Shown: positions 17,675 through 26,812 of the stretch, piece by piece
How positions within the stretch are numbered: the stretch's first letter is position 1
Layout: the number at the start of each line of letters is the position of its first letter
IMG/VR virus record: IMGVR_UViG_3300032224_001477
Span: 1-64,000 of that record
Direction: 5' to 3' (one strand)
DNA length: 64,000 nt
DNA from: a virus
The notes under the pieces: generated by a model
Seen by the model: the letters and a program-made list of their open reading frames with translations, nothing else
Databases searched by the model: none
What the model was told of the DNA's origin: nothing
Position numbers and translations under genes: made by a program

Positions 17675-19792
17675 ATGAGTCTTTACGCCCTGAAGAACCT
17701 GGCTTCCCTGGAGGTCACTCCAGTCGACGCTTGGCTTCATACAACGCCACACCCCAGCATGACCAAGGAGGAATTCTCTTCCTGGTCCACCAACCCCTCG
17801 ACGGATTGGCTGTTCATATCCGGCTTTGAGGGTCGTGCGCCCAACCTGCGTGTCTCCCGTGAGAACCAGGCGGTCAAGATGCATGGCCTCGTAGCCGACT
17901 ACGACGCTCAAATTACGGCCGAGGAAATGCTCGAGGGTCTAACCCGTCGCTCAAAAGCCGGCATGAAGCCCGCCTACGCCCACCGCACCATCAGTGGTGG
18001 AGTGCGAGTCATCTGGTTGTTTGAGAAACCCGTAGCCATCGCACCTGGGATATTTGATCCCTTCATCACTCGTCTGATGAAGGAACTCAACGTCCGTAAG
18101 CTGTTTCCTGGGCTGGATGACAACATCCGTAAGCCAGAACAGTACTATGCCTGGAATCCTCCAGCCACCGAAGTCAGCGATAACCGCGTTAAGTTTGATA
18201 CCCTCTGTGCCCTTCTAGCTTCAGCCTTTGACTCCTCTCACCGCTACCGGGGTGAAGGAGATACCGAGATTCCCATTGAGAAGATCAAGGAACGGGTGGA
18301 GAGCCTGTTTCCCGGTCGACTCCGTGGAACGCTAGATATTAACGGTCGTTGTAACGCTTTTTGGTCTCCGGATTCAACCAACCCGTCGGCTTGTATCGTT
18401 ACGGCAACCGGGATGGTTTCATTCTCGCAGGATCGGGCGTTTTATCCGTGGGCAGATATCTTGGGTGCGGATTGGGTCGATGAATTTAACAACACGCGTC
18501 TGGGCGGACCTCTGGGTTCGTACTGGTACGACGGAAGTAAGTATTGGCGCAGGGACATGGAAGGCAGCTGGAGAGACGCACCTTCGGAGACAGCTCGCAA
18601 GGACATTGCAGGCTTGTTTGGTTTAAGTCTCACCAGCGATGCCCGCGGAGATATGTCGGAGACCGACGAAGCTATGCTTCGCATCCGGGAAAACCGTCGT
18701 GTCGATGCCACCGGCCCCGTGCTTTACAGCCATGAGGAAATCGTGCGATTTGGCAGCCGATGCATCCTCAACACCTCCAGGGTAAAGGTGATGCCGCCAA
18801 GCAACACTCCTGGAGAGTGGGGCGAGCACTTCCCTTGGACAGCGAGTCTGTTGGACGAGTTCTTTGATCCGTCTGACAGTCTCCAGTACTTCCTGGCCTG
18901 GCTGAAACGGTTCTATACCACAGCCAGCGCCGGGGCCCCCGCCCAGGGTCAGGCCGTGTTTATCGCCGGTCCGGTCGAGCAAGGGAAAACCCTCATTGGT
19001 ACCAAGATTGTCGCCGCTCTTATGGGCGGAGGTTGCGATGCCTCCTCTCACATCAGTGGTGGGGATCAGTTCAATAACGAGCTCTTTGAAGTCGGCGTGC
19101 TCAACATTGACGATACCGTCGCTTCGACCAGCTACGAGAAACACCTTCTCTTCACCAACTCGATCAAGAAGTTTGTCGCCAACACTCAGCACCGCCACCG
19201 TGCGATGCGGGAGAACCCAACGACGATCAACTGGATCGGGCGGATCATCTTCACGTTGAACGATGACCCCGAATCGATGCGGGCGATCCCCTACACCGAC
19301 ACCTCAATCCTGGACAAGATCATGCTCTTCAAAGCGAGGCACCGGAAGTTCCCCTTCCCTCCCCGCCAGGAGATCGATCGGATCTTGGCCAGAGAGTTGC
19401 CCAACTTTGCCCGCTGGCTCCTGGACTGGACGCCGGCGTCGCATCTGGAAGGTACCAACCGGTTCGGCGTAACGAATTATCACCACCCCGACATTTTGGA
19501 AGATACGAGAACCACCCACCCTAACCACGCTTTCTCCGAGCTCCTCGATAAGTACCTCATCAATTACAAAATCGCGGCGAACGGGAAAAACCCAAAACAG
19601 TGGGTTGGTTCAGCGACCGACCTACTCAACAACATGCTTAATGATGCCGAACTCGAAAAGCTCGCGCGTCATTACGTTTCAAGTCCGGACCGCATGGGTC
19701 AGAGATTGGCCAAAATTATGGCTATCCGACCTGAGCAGGTTATCCGGCGCAAATCAGGAGGAAAAATCACATGGGAAATCAATCTGGAATAA
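17675..19792 (+). CDS. Primase-helicase (AEP-like N-terminus, DUF5906/SF3-like NTPase)
   Basis: N-terminal ADYD and TISGGVRVIW; C-terminal GPVEQGKT, FN.EL, LNIDD. Confidence 0.8.
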   Translation: MSLYALKNLASLEVTPVDAWLHTTPHPSMTKEEFSSWSTNPSTDWLFISGFEGRAPNLRVSRENQAVKMHGLVADYDAQITAEEMLEGLTRRSKAGMKPAYAHRTISGGVRVIWLFEKPVAIAPGIFDPFITRLMKELNVRKLFPGLDDNIRKPEQYYAWNPPATEVSDNRVKFDTLCALLASAFDSSHRYRGEGDTEIPIEKIKERVESLFPGRLRGTLDINGRCNAFWSPDSTNPSACIVTATGMVSFSQDRAFYPWADILGADWVDEFNNTRLGGPLGSYWYDGSKYWRRDMEGSWRDAPSETARKDIAGLFGLSLTSDARGDMSETDEAMLRIRENRRVDATGPVLYSHEEIVRFGSRCILNTSRVKVMPPSNTPGEWGEHFPWTASLLDEFFDPSDSLQYFLAWLKRFYTTASAGAPAQGQAVFIAGPVEQGKTLIGTKIVAALMGGGCDASSHISGGDQFNNELFEVGVLNIDDTVASTSYEKHLLFTNSIKKFVANTQHRHRAMRENPTTINWIGRIIFTLNDDPESMRAIPYTDTSILDKIMLFKARHRKFPFPPRQEIDRILARELPNFARWLLDWTPASHLEGTNRFGVTNYHHPDILEDTRTTHPNHAFSELLDKYLINYKIAANGKNPKQWVGSATDLLNNMLNDAELEKLARHYVSSPDRMGQRLAKIMAIRPEQVIRRKSGGKITWEINLE

Positions 19793-20427
19793 TCGAGCCA
19801 CAGAGATCGGTGGCACCACTATTCAGCACCCCGCTGTTCATCTCGCAGCTGGGACAACCCGATAGCCAATCTATCGCAGTCGTTAAACAGACGGATATGC
19901 GTCGCGTTAAAGCCGACAACGGCTGGAGTTCCATCGACACCAGGATCCTGGACGTCCCGGACATGCAGTATCTGAAGGCGTCCATTCTCCGGGAGATTGG
20001 CACGTATGCGTTCGAAGCTCTCGGCCTAAAGAGAAAGTATCAGTTCCAAATCACCAACTCTTGGGTCATGAAGCATCAGAAGGGTGACTTTGCCCACAGT
20101 CACGCGCACGCAAATTCGTTGATCTCGGGTGTCTACTATGTAGATACGTACGATAACAGCGGACCAATCTGGTTCTCCAAGAACTACAAAGACTTTAACC
20201 TGTTCCCGGCTTATTTGGACTGGGAGTTTGAGCGTAGAGATATCCTGAACGCCTACAGGTGGCCTGTGCTGCCTAAGAATGGGATGTTGGTCTTGTTCCC
20301 CTCTCACTTAGAACATTCTGTTGATCCTAGCGAAGCAGATGCCGACCGGTACTGCATTGCGTTCAACGTGTTTGTGAAAGGTAAGTTCGGCTCAGAAGAA
20401 AGTTTTAGTGCCCTGGAGATTCTATGA
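19771..20427 (+). CDS. 2OG-Fe(II) oxygenase (TIGR02466-like)
   Basis: LFSTP, SWV, HSHAHANSLISGVYY, LVLFPSHLEHSV, RYCIAFN. Confidence 0.85.
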   Translation: MGNQSGIIEPQRSVAPLFSTPLFISQLGQPDSQSIAVVKQTDMRRVKADNGWSSIDTRILDVPDMQYLKASILREIGTYAFEALGLKRKYQFQITNSWVMKHQKGDFAHSHAHANSLISGVYYVDTYDNSGPIWFSKNYKDFNLFPAYLDWEFERRDILNAYRWPVLPKNGMLVLFPSHLEHSVDPSEADADRYCIAFNVFVKGKFGSEESFSALEIL

Positions 20428-20552
20428 ACGGCTGGGTTATTTGCCTAGTTGTCGTCGTCTTAATGGTGGTCGTACCAGTGTTTGTCGCTTTTGGATTGTG
20501 GTTTAAGGACCGCAAAGACGAAGAGCAGAAAGGGTATTGGGACTCAGAATGA
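20424..20552 (+). CDS. Small single-TM membrane protein
   Basis: MNGWVICLVVVVLMVVVPVFVAFGLWFKDRK...; ATGA overlaps at both ends. Confidence 0.45.
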   Translation: MNGWVICLVVVVLMVVVPVFVAFGLWFKDRKDEEQKGYWDSE

Positions 20553-20723
20553 AGAAGAAAAAACGAATCCGAAACATCACGGTTCGGAAACCGTGGTACG
20601 TCGAAAACAGGTTTGGCATGTGGAAAACCTCCCCCTTTGGGGTTAGCGAGAGAACTTGGAAGAAACCTCCAGGCTTTTTCGCCCGCCTATTGAGGTGGTT
20701 TTTGGAGAAGTTAAACTGATTCA

Positions 20724-20963
20724 ATGACGCTGGATCAGATCAAAGGTTTCTCCAATTCCGTATCCACTTGGATCATTAACGGAATGAAGACAGCTACGGA
20801 TGAACAGCGTGCAGAGAGATATGCCATTTGCCAGGCGTGTCCAAACTTTGACCAACGAGTATTTGGAGGTCACGGAGTTTGCAAGATTTGTGGGTGCAAT
20901 ATGCGTACCAAAACGGTGTTCCCCCACGAAAAATGTCCCATTGATAAATGGGGAAAGGTTTAA
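20724..20963 (+). CDS. Cys-rich small protein (DUF6171-like)
   Basis: RYAICQAC...CKICGC..TK...CPIDKW. Confidence 0.6.
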   Translation: MTLDQIKGFSNSVSTWIINGMKTATDEQRAERYAICQACPNFDQRVFGGHGVCKICGCNMRTKTVFPHEKCPIDKWGKV

Positions 20964-20965
20964 CC

Positions 20966-21199
20966 ATGCCACTAGGTAAAAGAGACTACGCCAAGGAATA
21001 CCGGGAATATCACGGTAAGCCTGCTCAAATTAAACGTCGTGCTGGCCGTAACGCTGCCCGAAGATCGATGACCAAACGTCGTGGATTGGCTGCTATGCGT
21101 GGGAAAGACGTCAACCACAAGGACGGAAATACCCTGAATAATGCGGCGTCGAACCTGAATCTTGAGTCCAAGAGCGTGAATCGCGGACGGAAGTATTGA
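20966..21199 (+). CDS. Small HNH endonuclease
   Basis: GKDVNHKDGNTLNN..SNL......NR motif. Confidence 0.7.
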   Translation: MPLGKRDYAKEYREYHGKPAQIKRRAGRNAARRSMTKRRGLAAMRGKDVNHKDGNTLNNAASNLNLESKSVNRGRKY

Positions 21200-21231
21200 C
21201 TAATTCCAGACAGTATTTAATATAAAACCTT

Positions 21232-21555
21232 ATGGCATACGAACCCTCCAGCAGCGATAACGAGAATTATTCTTTACGGAAAATCAATCAGTTGGCTTCG
21301 GATTCTGAAAAAGATTCGAGCCTTGCCCTTGGCCAATACGGTGCTGTTTACAAGACTGCTGCCGGCGCTTTGTCCGGTGGACCTTGGGGAGCTATTCAGG
21401 CGACGGCCACGGCGGTCGTCAGCGTAACCTCGAGCAACTGGACTAATAGTGACGGGACGTCGGCTGTTGATATCGCAGCTGGATCAACGATCTTTGGTAA
21501 CTTTACCGCAATCACGCTCACCAGCGGCAAAATCATCGCTTACAAAAGCGCCTAA
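21232..21555 (+). CDS. Putative virion structural protein
   Basis: Beta-rich C-terminus (IFGNFTAITLTSGKIIAY); preceded by a palindrome containing TTGAC. Confidence 0.5.
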   Translation: MAYEPSSSDNENYSLRKINQLASDSEKDSSLALGQYGAVYKTAAGALSGGPWGAIQATATAVVSVTSSNWTNSDGTSAVDIAAGSTIFGNFTAITLTSGKIIAYKSA

Positions 21556-21561
21556 ACGGCC

Positions 21562-22629
21562 ATGCCGAAACTCGGCTTAGGCTTATCGTTGCCGCACCAA
21601 AGTAGTTCGACGTTGGGACGACCGATATTTCCAATCGATGCTGATTTTTCTACCTACGCTCTTGGGACGTTGAACGGACAGAATTCTTGGGATTTAATAG
21701 GTCTTACAAATACAACGAACCCAATTCAAGTAGTTCAAGCCTCAGTTTCAGCGGGGGGTCCTATCCCACAGTCCATAAGAATAACTGGAGTTGCCTCTTC
21801 TGCTGCTTCGTACATCGACATACCAAGCAATTTGCGTTTTGATCCGACAACAGTTACTGAGTCAACGACTTTTTACTACGTGCTAGACAACTTTAGAATT
21901 AGAGAAGCCATGAACTCATCAAGCTCTCAGGGGCAAGGTGTTTTTGCTATAACTACAAATCTTCAGGGGGTTAGCCCACAGGCTGCTCGGCTGTACGTGC
22001 GTAGATTTGGCGGCATTACTTCCAACACAACAACTTTTGATTTGGGGATTGTTACTAGCGGAACAGTGCTCCCAACTTACGGAACCACCGCGCTTACTGT
22101 GGGGATTTCTTATAAAATTGTTGTGGCTTATACAGCTAATCCGGGTTCGGCAAATGACGTTGTAAGAGTTTATGTAAACCCAATTGGAACAGACGTTACT
22201 ACGTGGAGTCATGAGACAGCTCAAATATCAACAGCTGACCCAACTGCCTCTTTCAAATCGTTTCAGATTGTGCCGGGGTATATCAGTAACAACACCAAAC
22301 TCGATATGAATGTCGGACGTATTTTAGCGGGTTTATCCAATGTGTTGGATGTAACACCTATTGCTGGTGAAACCTGCTCCAACAATGTGGCAAAAGTTGT
22401 TATGTATGGTACCGCTCCGTTTGAACAACGAACTCTTTCTCCAATTGAGTACGCTCCGTACGGAAAAGAGACGTATCAGTATGGGGATGAGGTTGTGCGG
22501 TTTGATGGCTCGGCATGGATATACTCTAACGCAACTTACGGGGAACTTGTTAGGGTATACAGCTATGTGGATTGGCCTTGGCTTGTACCGTGGACGACTC
22601 CTTACTCTGCAGCAAGAATATGCCCTTAA
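21562..22629 (+). CDS. Putative virion fibre/adhesin
   Basis: MPKLGLGLSL N-terminus typical of phage fibre proteins; Thr/Ser-rich beta-sandwich-like body. Confidence 0.5.
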   Translation: MPKLGLGLSLPHQSSSTLGRPIFPIDADFSTYALGTLNGQNSWDLIGLTNTTNPIQVVQASVSAGGPIPQSIRITGVASSAASYIDIPSNLRFDPTTVTESTTFYYVLDNFRIREAMNSSSSQGQGVFAITTNLQGVSPQAARLYVRRFGGITSNTTTFDLGIVTSGTVLPTYGTTALTVGISYKIVVAYTANPGSANDVVRVYVNPIGTDVTTWSHETAQISTADPTASFKSFQIVPGYISNNTKLDMNVGRILAGLSNVLDVTPIAGETCSNNVAKVVMYGTAPFEQRTLSPIEYAPYGKETYQYGDEVVRFDGSAWIYSNATYGELVRVYSYVDWPWLVPWTTPYSAARICP

Positions 22630-22673
22630 CCAGTTAATATTGACTGTAAAAAGACAGTAACTAGCATCCATAT

Positions 22674-23147
22674 ATGGCTAAGAATAAAATCCCAGGATTG
22701 CTGATTGAAGGTCTTGGGGTGGCTAAAACAGAGCCCATGCACGACGAAGCCACGGAAGGACCGGAGATCCTGGAGTCTTTTGCATCCTCCCCTGCCCCAG
22801 GAGAGTTCTTCTCTACCCTCCTGCACTCGGCCACCATCGCCCATCAGATTCATTTTAAGACTCGTTCTTTTGCCGTCCATAAAGCCTTGGGCAAGTTCTA
22901 CGAAGAGGTTGTGGAGCTGACCGATGGGCTCGTAGAGTCTTGGCAGGGCAAGTATGGGTTGGTTAAGAACTTCCCTTTCAAATATGACCTGGAGACCGAG
23001 GATCCTGAGTCATTCCTGGCAGACCTTGATTACTACGTTAAAACGCATCGTGAGCTAGTTTCAGACGATTCTGAGATCCAGAACGACATTGATACGATCC
23101 AGACCCTGATTAACTCCACCACCTACAAGATCCGCTTCCTCAAATAA
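22674..23147 (+). CDS. Ferritin/Dps-like protein (DUF5856-like)
   Basis: H..H.KT.SFA.HKAL..FYE....L.D.LVE..QGKYG; ends STTYKIRFL. Confidence 0.7.
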   Translation: MAKNKIPGLLIEGLGVAKTEPMHDEATEGPEILESFASSPAPGEFFSTLLHSATIAHQIHFKTRSFAVHKALGKFYEEVVELTDGLVESWQGKYGLVKNFPFKYDLETEDPESFLADLDYYVKTHRELVSDDSEIQNDIDTIQTLINSTTYKIRFLK

Positions 23148-23151
23148 GCTT

Positions 23152-23412
23152 ATGCCGCTGGGCAAAAAAGCTTCCATGCCCTGTAACGTGCCGCGGGCAA
23201 GCACACGGCCAGGTAAGAAGAAAATGGTCAAAGCATGTGCGAACGGCAAAGAGCGTCTGGTTCATTTTGGGGATAGCTCCATGAAAGACTTTACGCAGCA
23301 CCACAGTGCTAAGCGTCGTAAAAGCTATTGTGCCCGGTCCGGTGGAATCAAGGGTGGGGATGGGAAGCTTTCGGCAAACTACTGGTCCCGCAAGGTCCTT
23401 TGGAGTTGCTAA
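23152..23412 (+). CDS. Small basic phage protein
   Basis: LVHFGDSSM.D...RRKSYCARS...SANYWS motif, common in aquatic phages. Confidence 0.6.
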   Translation: MPLGKKASMPCNVPRASTRPGKKKMVKACANGKERLVHFGDSSMKDFTQHHSAKRRKSYCARSGGIKGGDGKLSANYWSRKVLWSC

Positions 23413-23467
23413 GGTAATATATCCCTTTTGGGATAGATATCTCTTTAGGGCTATATTTTTCTAATTC

Positions 23468-23745
23468 AGGGTAACCTAAGTTACCCCAAAATAGAGGTTA
23501 CCAGAGCAAGTTGCCCCAAAATAACAGCTGTACTTCAATCAGTTACGGCAAAAAGGGTAACTGGGTAACTTGTTTTTCGACTTTGGGGTTCCCAAGCCCG
23601 GCACACGCAGCGCAAATATTTCACGCCAGATTATATAGATTAATATATTATAGTTACCCTAGTTACCCTAGTTACCCTAAATATTATAACGACAAATACT
23701 TAAAATGGGTAACTTTGAAATTTCTGGGGTAACTTAGGTTACCCT
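23468..23745. repeat. Iteron cluster, putative replication origin
   Basis: Ten perfect GGGTAAC/GTTACCC heptamers in both orientations, an AT-rich core, and a bounding perfect 21-bp inverted repeat (23468-23488 / 23725-23745). Confidence 0.75.
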
Positions 23746-23943
23746 AAAACCTCTTGATTCCGTCATGGGTAGTCCTCTTGGCTAAGACCCAGATAACAGC
23801 CACCGCTGCCAGAAAAATAAGCTTACCTAAGATTTGCCGTATCATTGACCCTGCCTTGGTAAAGAGCCCACTTTGCTATCTTGGCAATCAGCCTTTTGCT
23901 GTTCACCGGCCTTTGCGTAACCGCGACCCTTGGTCTACGGGTT

Positions 23944-24270
23944 TTAGCCACGACGAGGCATCCTACTGTTCAACCAGGCTCTTCGCTTAGAACACGCTTT
24001 ACAGGTGCTTAAACGACTCCCAAACACCGAATCCAGGGCTTTCGCGACAGGCAAGGCAAGAACATGCACCAGATCCCCCAACCCCCTTGATTCGCAGTAT
24101 CCCGGGTCCTTGGCACAGCTCTGTCGGATGATCTCCTTCCGGTACAATTCCCTGGCTTGATACTCCCATGGGTCCTGACCTTTGGACGTCAGTATCTGGG
24201 TGATTAGGTCGTCCAAGCTTTCGTGGACACGCTTTATTGCACCTTCCTCGTATTCCCAAATGTGTTTCAT
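23944..24270 (-). CDS. Hypothetical protein with GLGD...CxxC..RR..LN motif
   Basis: 108-aa ORF; C-terminal Cys motif. Confidence 0.6.
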   Translation of the reverse strand: MKHIWEYEEGAIKRVHESLDDLITQILTSKGQDPWEYQARELYRKEIIRQSCAKDPGYCESRGLGDLVHVLALPVAKALDSVFGSRLSTCKACSKRRAWLNSRMPRRG

Positions 24271-24313
24271 GACATTCCGTTGACATTAAACCAACATACC
24301 CCAAAATTGGTAA

Positions 24314-24580
24314 GTGGATTTGCATGACCTCAATTTGAGCATGGTGGACGACGAAGACGCCCTGCTGATGGTAATCATGGCCGCTTGCGTTGACTCCCCA
24401 AACAACGAACTCCAGATTTCACGAAAAGCTATTGTTGAACTCAAGGAACGGATGAAGTCGCTTAAGCCCGGGAATAAACCCGTACTTGTTTCGGTGAATG
24501 ATGAGGAAGGAATTCGCGTTAAGTTTATGGTAACGGAGCAAGAGATTTCCGATTTCGTGCAAGACTTCATGCCGGATTAG
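24314..24580 (+). CDS. Hypothetical protein
   Basis: 88-aa ORF with TTGACA upstream at ~24280. Confidence 0.5.
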   Translation: MDLHDLNLSMVDDEDALLMVIMAACVDSPNNELQISRKAIVELKERMKSLKPGNKPVLVSVNDEEGIRVKFMVTEQEISDFVQDFMPD

Positions 24581-24885
24581 AAATCCGCCTTCTCGAACTC
24601 TTGAATCAGTTTGCTGGCGTCCTGGACGTTGTCCCGAATATAACCACGAAGCTTGTTCTTTAGAATTCGTTCTTCGGTCTGCTGTTCTTTTTTGAGCTGC
24701 TTAAGAACTTCAATTGATTCCTGGTAGATCTTCGTTTTTTGTCTTAGATCCGTTTTTAAACCGGCAATCACCTCGCGAAGTTCTAGGAGTGTGCGCTCAG
24801 TGCTGGAGATATCCCGACTCATGGCCCGCATGTGCGAGCCCATTTTTTGAAACCACGTTTTGAATTTCACCGTCTCCATACCCAC
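24577..24885 (-). CDS. Coiled-coil hypothetical protein
   Basis: 102-aa ORF. Confidence 0.5.
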   Translation of the reverse strand: MGMETVKFKTWFQKMGSHMRAMSRDISSTERTLLELREVIAGLKTDLRQKTKIYQESIEVLKQLKKEQQTEERILKNKLRGYIRDNVQDASKLIQEFEKADF

Positions 24886-24932
24886 ATTCTGTGGGCATGG
24901 AGAAGTGAATCAATTAGTCAACGTAAGACAGA

Positions 24933-25193
24933 TTAACGTAATGTTTGCAGCAACGCGTTTGCTTGCTCTCGTGTCATGCGACTGTCGTCAACATGCACGT
25001 CGTAACCACCGTACCACTTCTGCTGTCCCCAAACCGAAGCTTTCGCTTCACCAACTTTGACTCCACCGGAGTACAGATCATAACCGCCGGGCCATTTCTG
25101 AGTTCCCCAAACAGAAGGACGAATGGCAAAGTCCTCTGCTTGTGCGCCCGCTGCAAAAGACACAACACACAATGCAGCGATTAGTTTCTTCAT
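24933..25193 (-). CDS. Exported small protein with a duplicated SVWGxQKWxGGYD motif
   Basis: Signal peptide MKKLIAALCVVSFAAGAQA and two internal repeats. Confidence 0.7.
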   Translation of the reverse strand: MKKLIAALCVVSFAAGAQAEDFAIRPSVWGTQKWPGGYDLYSGGVKVGEAKASVWGQQKWYGGYDVHVDDSRMTREQANALLQTLR

Positions 25194-25426
25194 TACTCAA
25201 AACAATATAATGACTGACTCCAGTCAGCAATAAAAATAAATTAAATTTTTCTTATACGTGTATCTATAGAACTTAAACTAAAGGGGGGGAGGGTGGGTGT
25301 GGGGGTAGTGCCACATTATCAAAGTGTTACACCGCCCCGAAGCCTACTTGTATTATTAGCAGGAAGAAGAGAGAACCAGATGGTTTTCTCTATCTAAAAT
25401 CCCCTGTTATAGATAGGAGTAACACC

Positions 25427-25756
25427 ATGGCATTGAAACTAGATAACCAAACCGTAGCAGCTCAACCCTCAACGACTTACGCACCGAAGCAGGATGCGTT
25501 GTACTTGACGGTGAAACGGAGCAAGTTCGGCCACCTCGGCACGATCAACCCCAACTCGAACAACGGCTCGGAGCAGGCCGCTGCTCTCGCCGCCCTGGCG
25601 AAGATCGCCCTCAGTGGCAAGTGCTTGGACATCAGCGTTCGCCCCGCAAAGGATGACACTGAGAACCTCACCCTGCGCTTCACGGTGAGTCAGTTCGTTC
25701 CGCAGCAGCGGACGTCGTTGGCAGAGCGGCTCGTCACCGCTCACCTCAATAGCTAA
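25427..25756 (+). CDS. Hypothetical early protein
   Basis: SD AGGAG; 109 aa. Confidence 0.65.
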   Translation: MALKLDNQTVAAQPSTTYAPKQDALYLTVKRSKFGHLGTINPNSNNGSEQAAALAALAKIALSGKCLDISVRPAKDDTENLTLRFTVSQFVPQQRTSLAERLVTAHLNS

Positions 25757-25817
25757 TTGAGGCTCCGGACCTCGTGGGGACTGCAAACCCACGGGGAACG
25801 GTTTATTAAACCGTAGG

Positions 25818-26279
25818 CTACACAGAGATAACTGGATTACTGGCAGTTACTGACACCGAATCTTGTGGAAGTTGTTGTAAAACCGCGATGTTCACTGTTT
25901 GAGTTTTCGAGCCTTCCGACAAGCCAAAAGCTGTCGTTGCTACACGATTCACCTTTTCCAATGCAGTAAAGTGTTCTTCAACTTCGCCGCGAGTAGCTGG
26001 GGCTTCTGCCTCAAGCGCGTTCATCCCGCCCTCAACCTGTTTCTTTAACCTCGACAGATAGGATTGTGCTTCCCCGACCATTTCGTTCGTTGCAGCACGA
26101 TGCGCTTCTGCCACTCGTTTCAAAGATTGTTGCTTGTATGTGGCAAGTTTGAAACGCGCGACGTGACTGCGGATCGACGCAGGATTCACGTTGAATCTAG
26201 TAGCTAAGATCTGAGGTGGAATACCTTTCGCGTATTCCGCTTCGATCGGACCCCAATCAATCACTGAACGCTGTCTCAT
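25818..26279 (-). CDS. terS: Putative terminase small subunit
   Basis: N-terminal DWGPIEAEYAKG...LATRFNVNPASIRSH HTH typical of TerS; helical middle and C-terminal TVNIAVL strand. Confidence 0.6.
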   Translation of the reverse strand: MRQRSVIDWGPIEAEYAKGIPPQILATRFNVNPASIRSHVARFKLATYKQQSLKRVAEAHRAATNEMVGEAQSYLSRLKKQVEGGMNALEAEAPATRGEVEEHFTALEKVNRVATTAFGLSEGSKTQTVNIAVLQQLPQDSVSVTASNPVISV

Positions 26280-26381
26280 ACTGTTGCAACGATTGTACCA
26301 GACGTTGCAACTCTATGCAAGCTACTGACAAACAACAGTCATTTTAACCACGATCGATAACCCATAACCAAGGAGACAACC

Positions 26382-26594
26382 ATGAACGACACCATGACCA
26401 CAATGCTCTGCCCTTACGCCGTAGGACAGATCATCGATAACGACAACGGCACCCAAGAGATCGTCAGGCACATCGCTAACATCGATGGTGACTTCTACGT
26501 GCAGACGAGAGTGCTGACCAACCTTGGTGGCTACTACAAGGTGCAGCCCAACGGGGCTTTGACCAACGGACTTCGGAGCACGTACCTCGGATGA
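26382..26594 (+). CDS. Hypothetical early protein
   Basis: SD AAGGAG; palindrome upstream at 26323-26344. Confidence 0.6.
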   Translation: MNDTMTTMLCPYAVGQIIDNDNGTQEIVRHIANIDGDFYVQTRVLTNLGGYYKVQPNGALTNGLRSTYLG

Positions 26595-26806
26595 ACCGGT
26601 ACGCAGTCGTTTATAACGGCCACGTGCAACGGGAGTTCAAGCGTCGTGAAGATGCTTGGGACTACCTGGTGCAACGTGGCTGGCGTTGGTCCGATGAAGC
26701 TCACGTGAGGCCCATCAGGAATGAATGGTTTACCGGCTTACAAGCTCGCGGCCTTGCCGTTGAGTGCAACGCCGGCTTCCTGATCCGTGGCGTTGACGAA
26801 GCTTAA
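26591..26806 (+). CDS. Hypothetical early protein
   Basis: ATGA overlap. Confidence 0.55.
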   Translation: MNRYAVVYNGHVQREFKRREDAWDYLVQRGWRWSDEAHVRPIRNEWFTGLQARGLAVECNAGFLIRGVDEA

Positions 26807-26812
26807 AACCAC

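Noticed and set aside
23468-23745. CRISPR array, and ORF 23511..23732
   Set aside because: Repeats are 7-mers in both orientations without regular spacers. The ORF merely translates the repeats (YPSYPSYP).
25760-25814. Separate ncRNA between 25427..25756 and terS
   Set aside because: Short hairpins between convergent genes are adequately explained as terminator or stabiliser structures.
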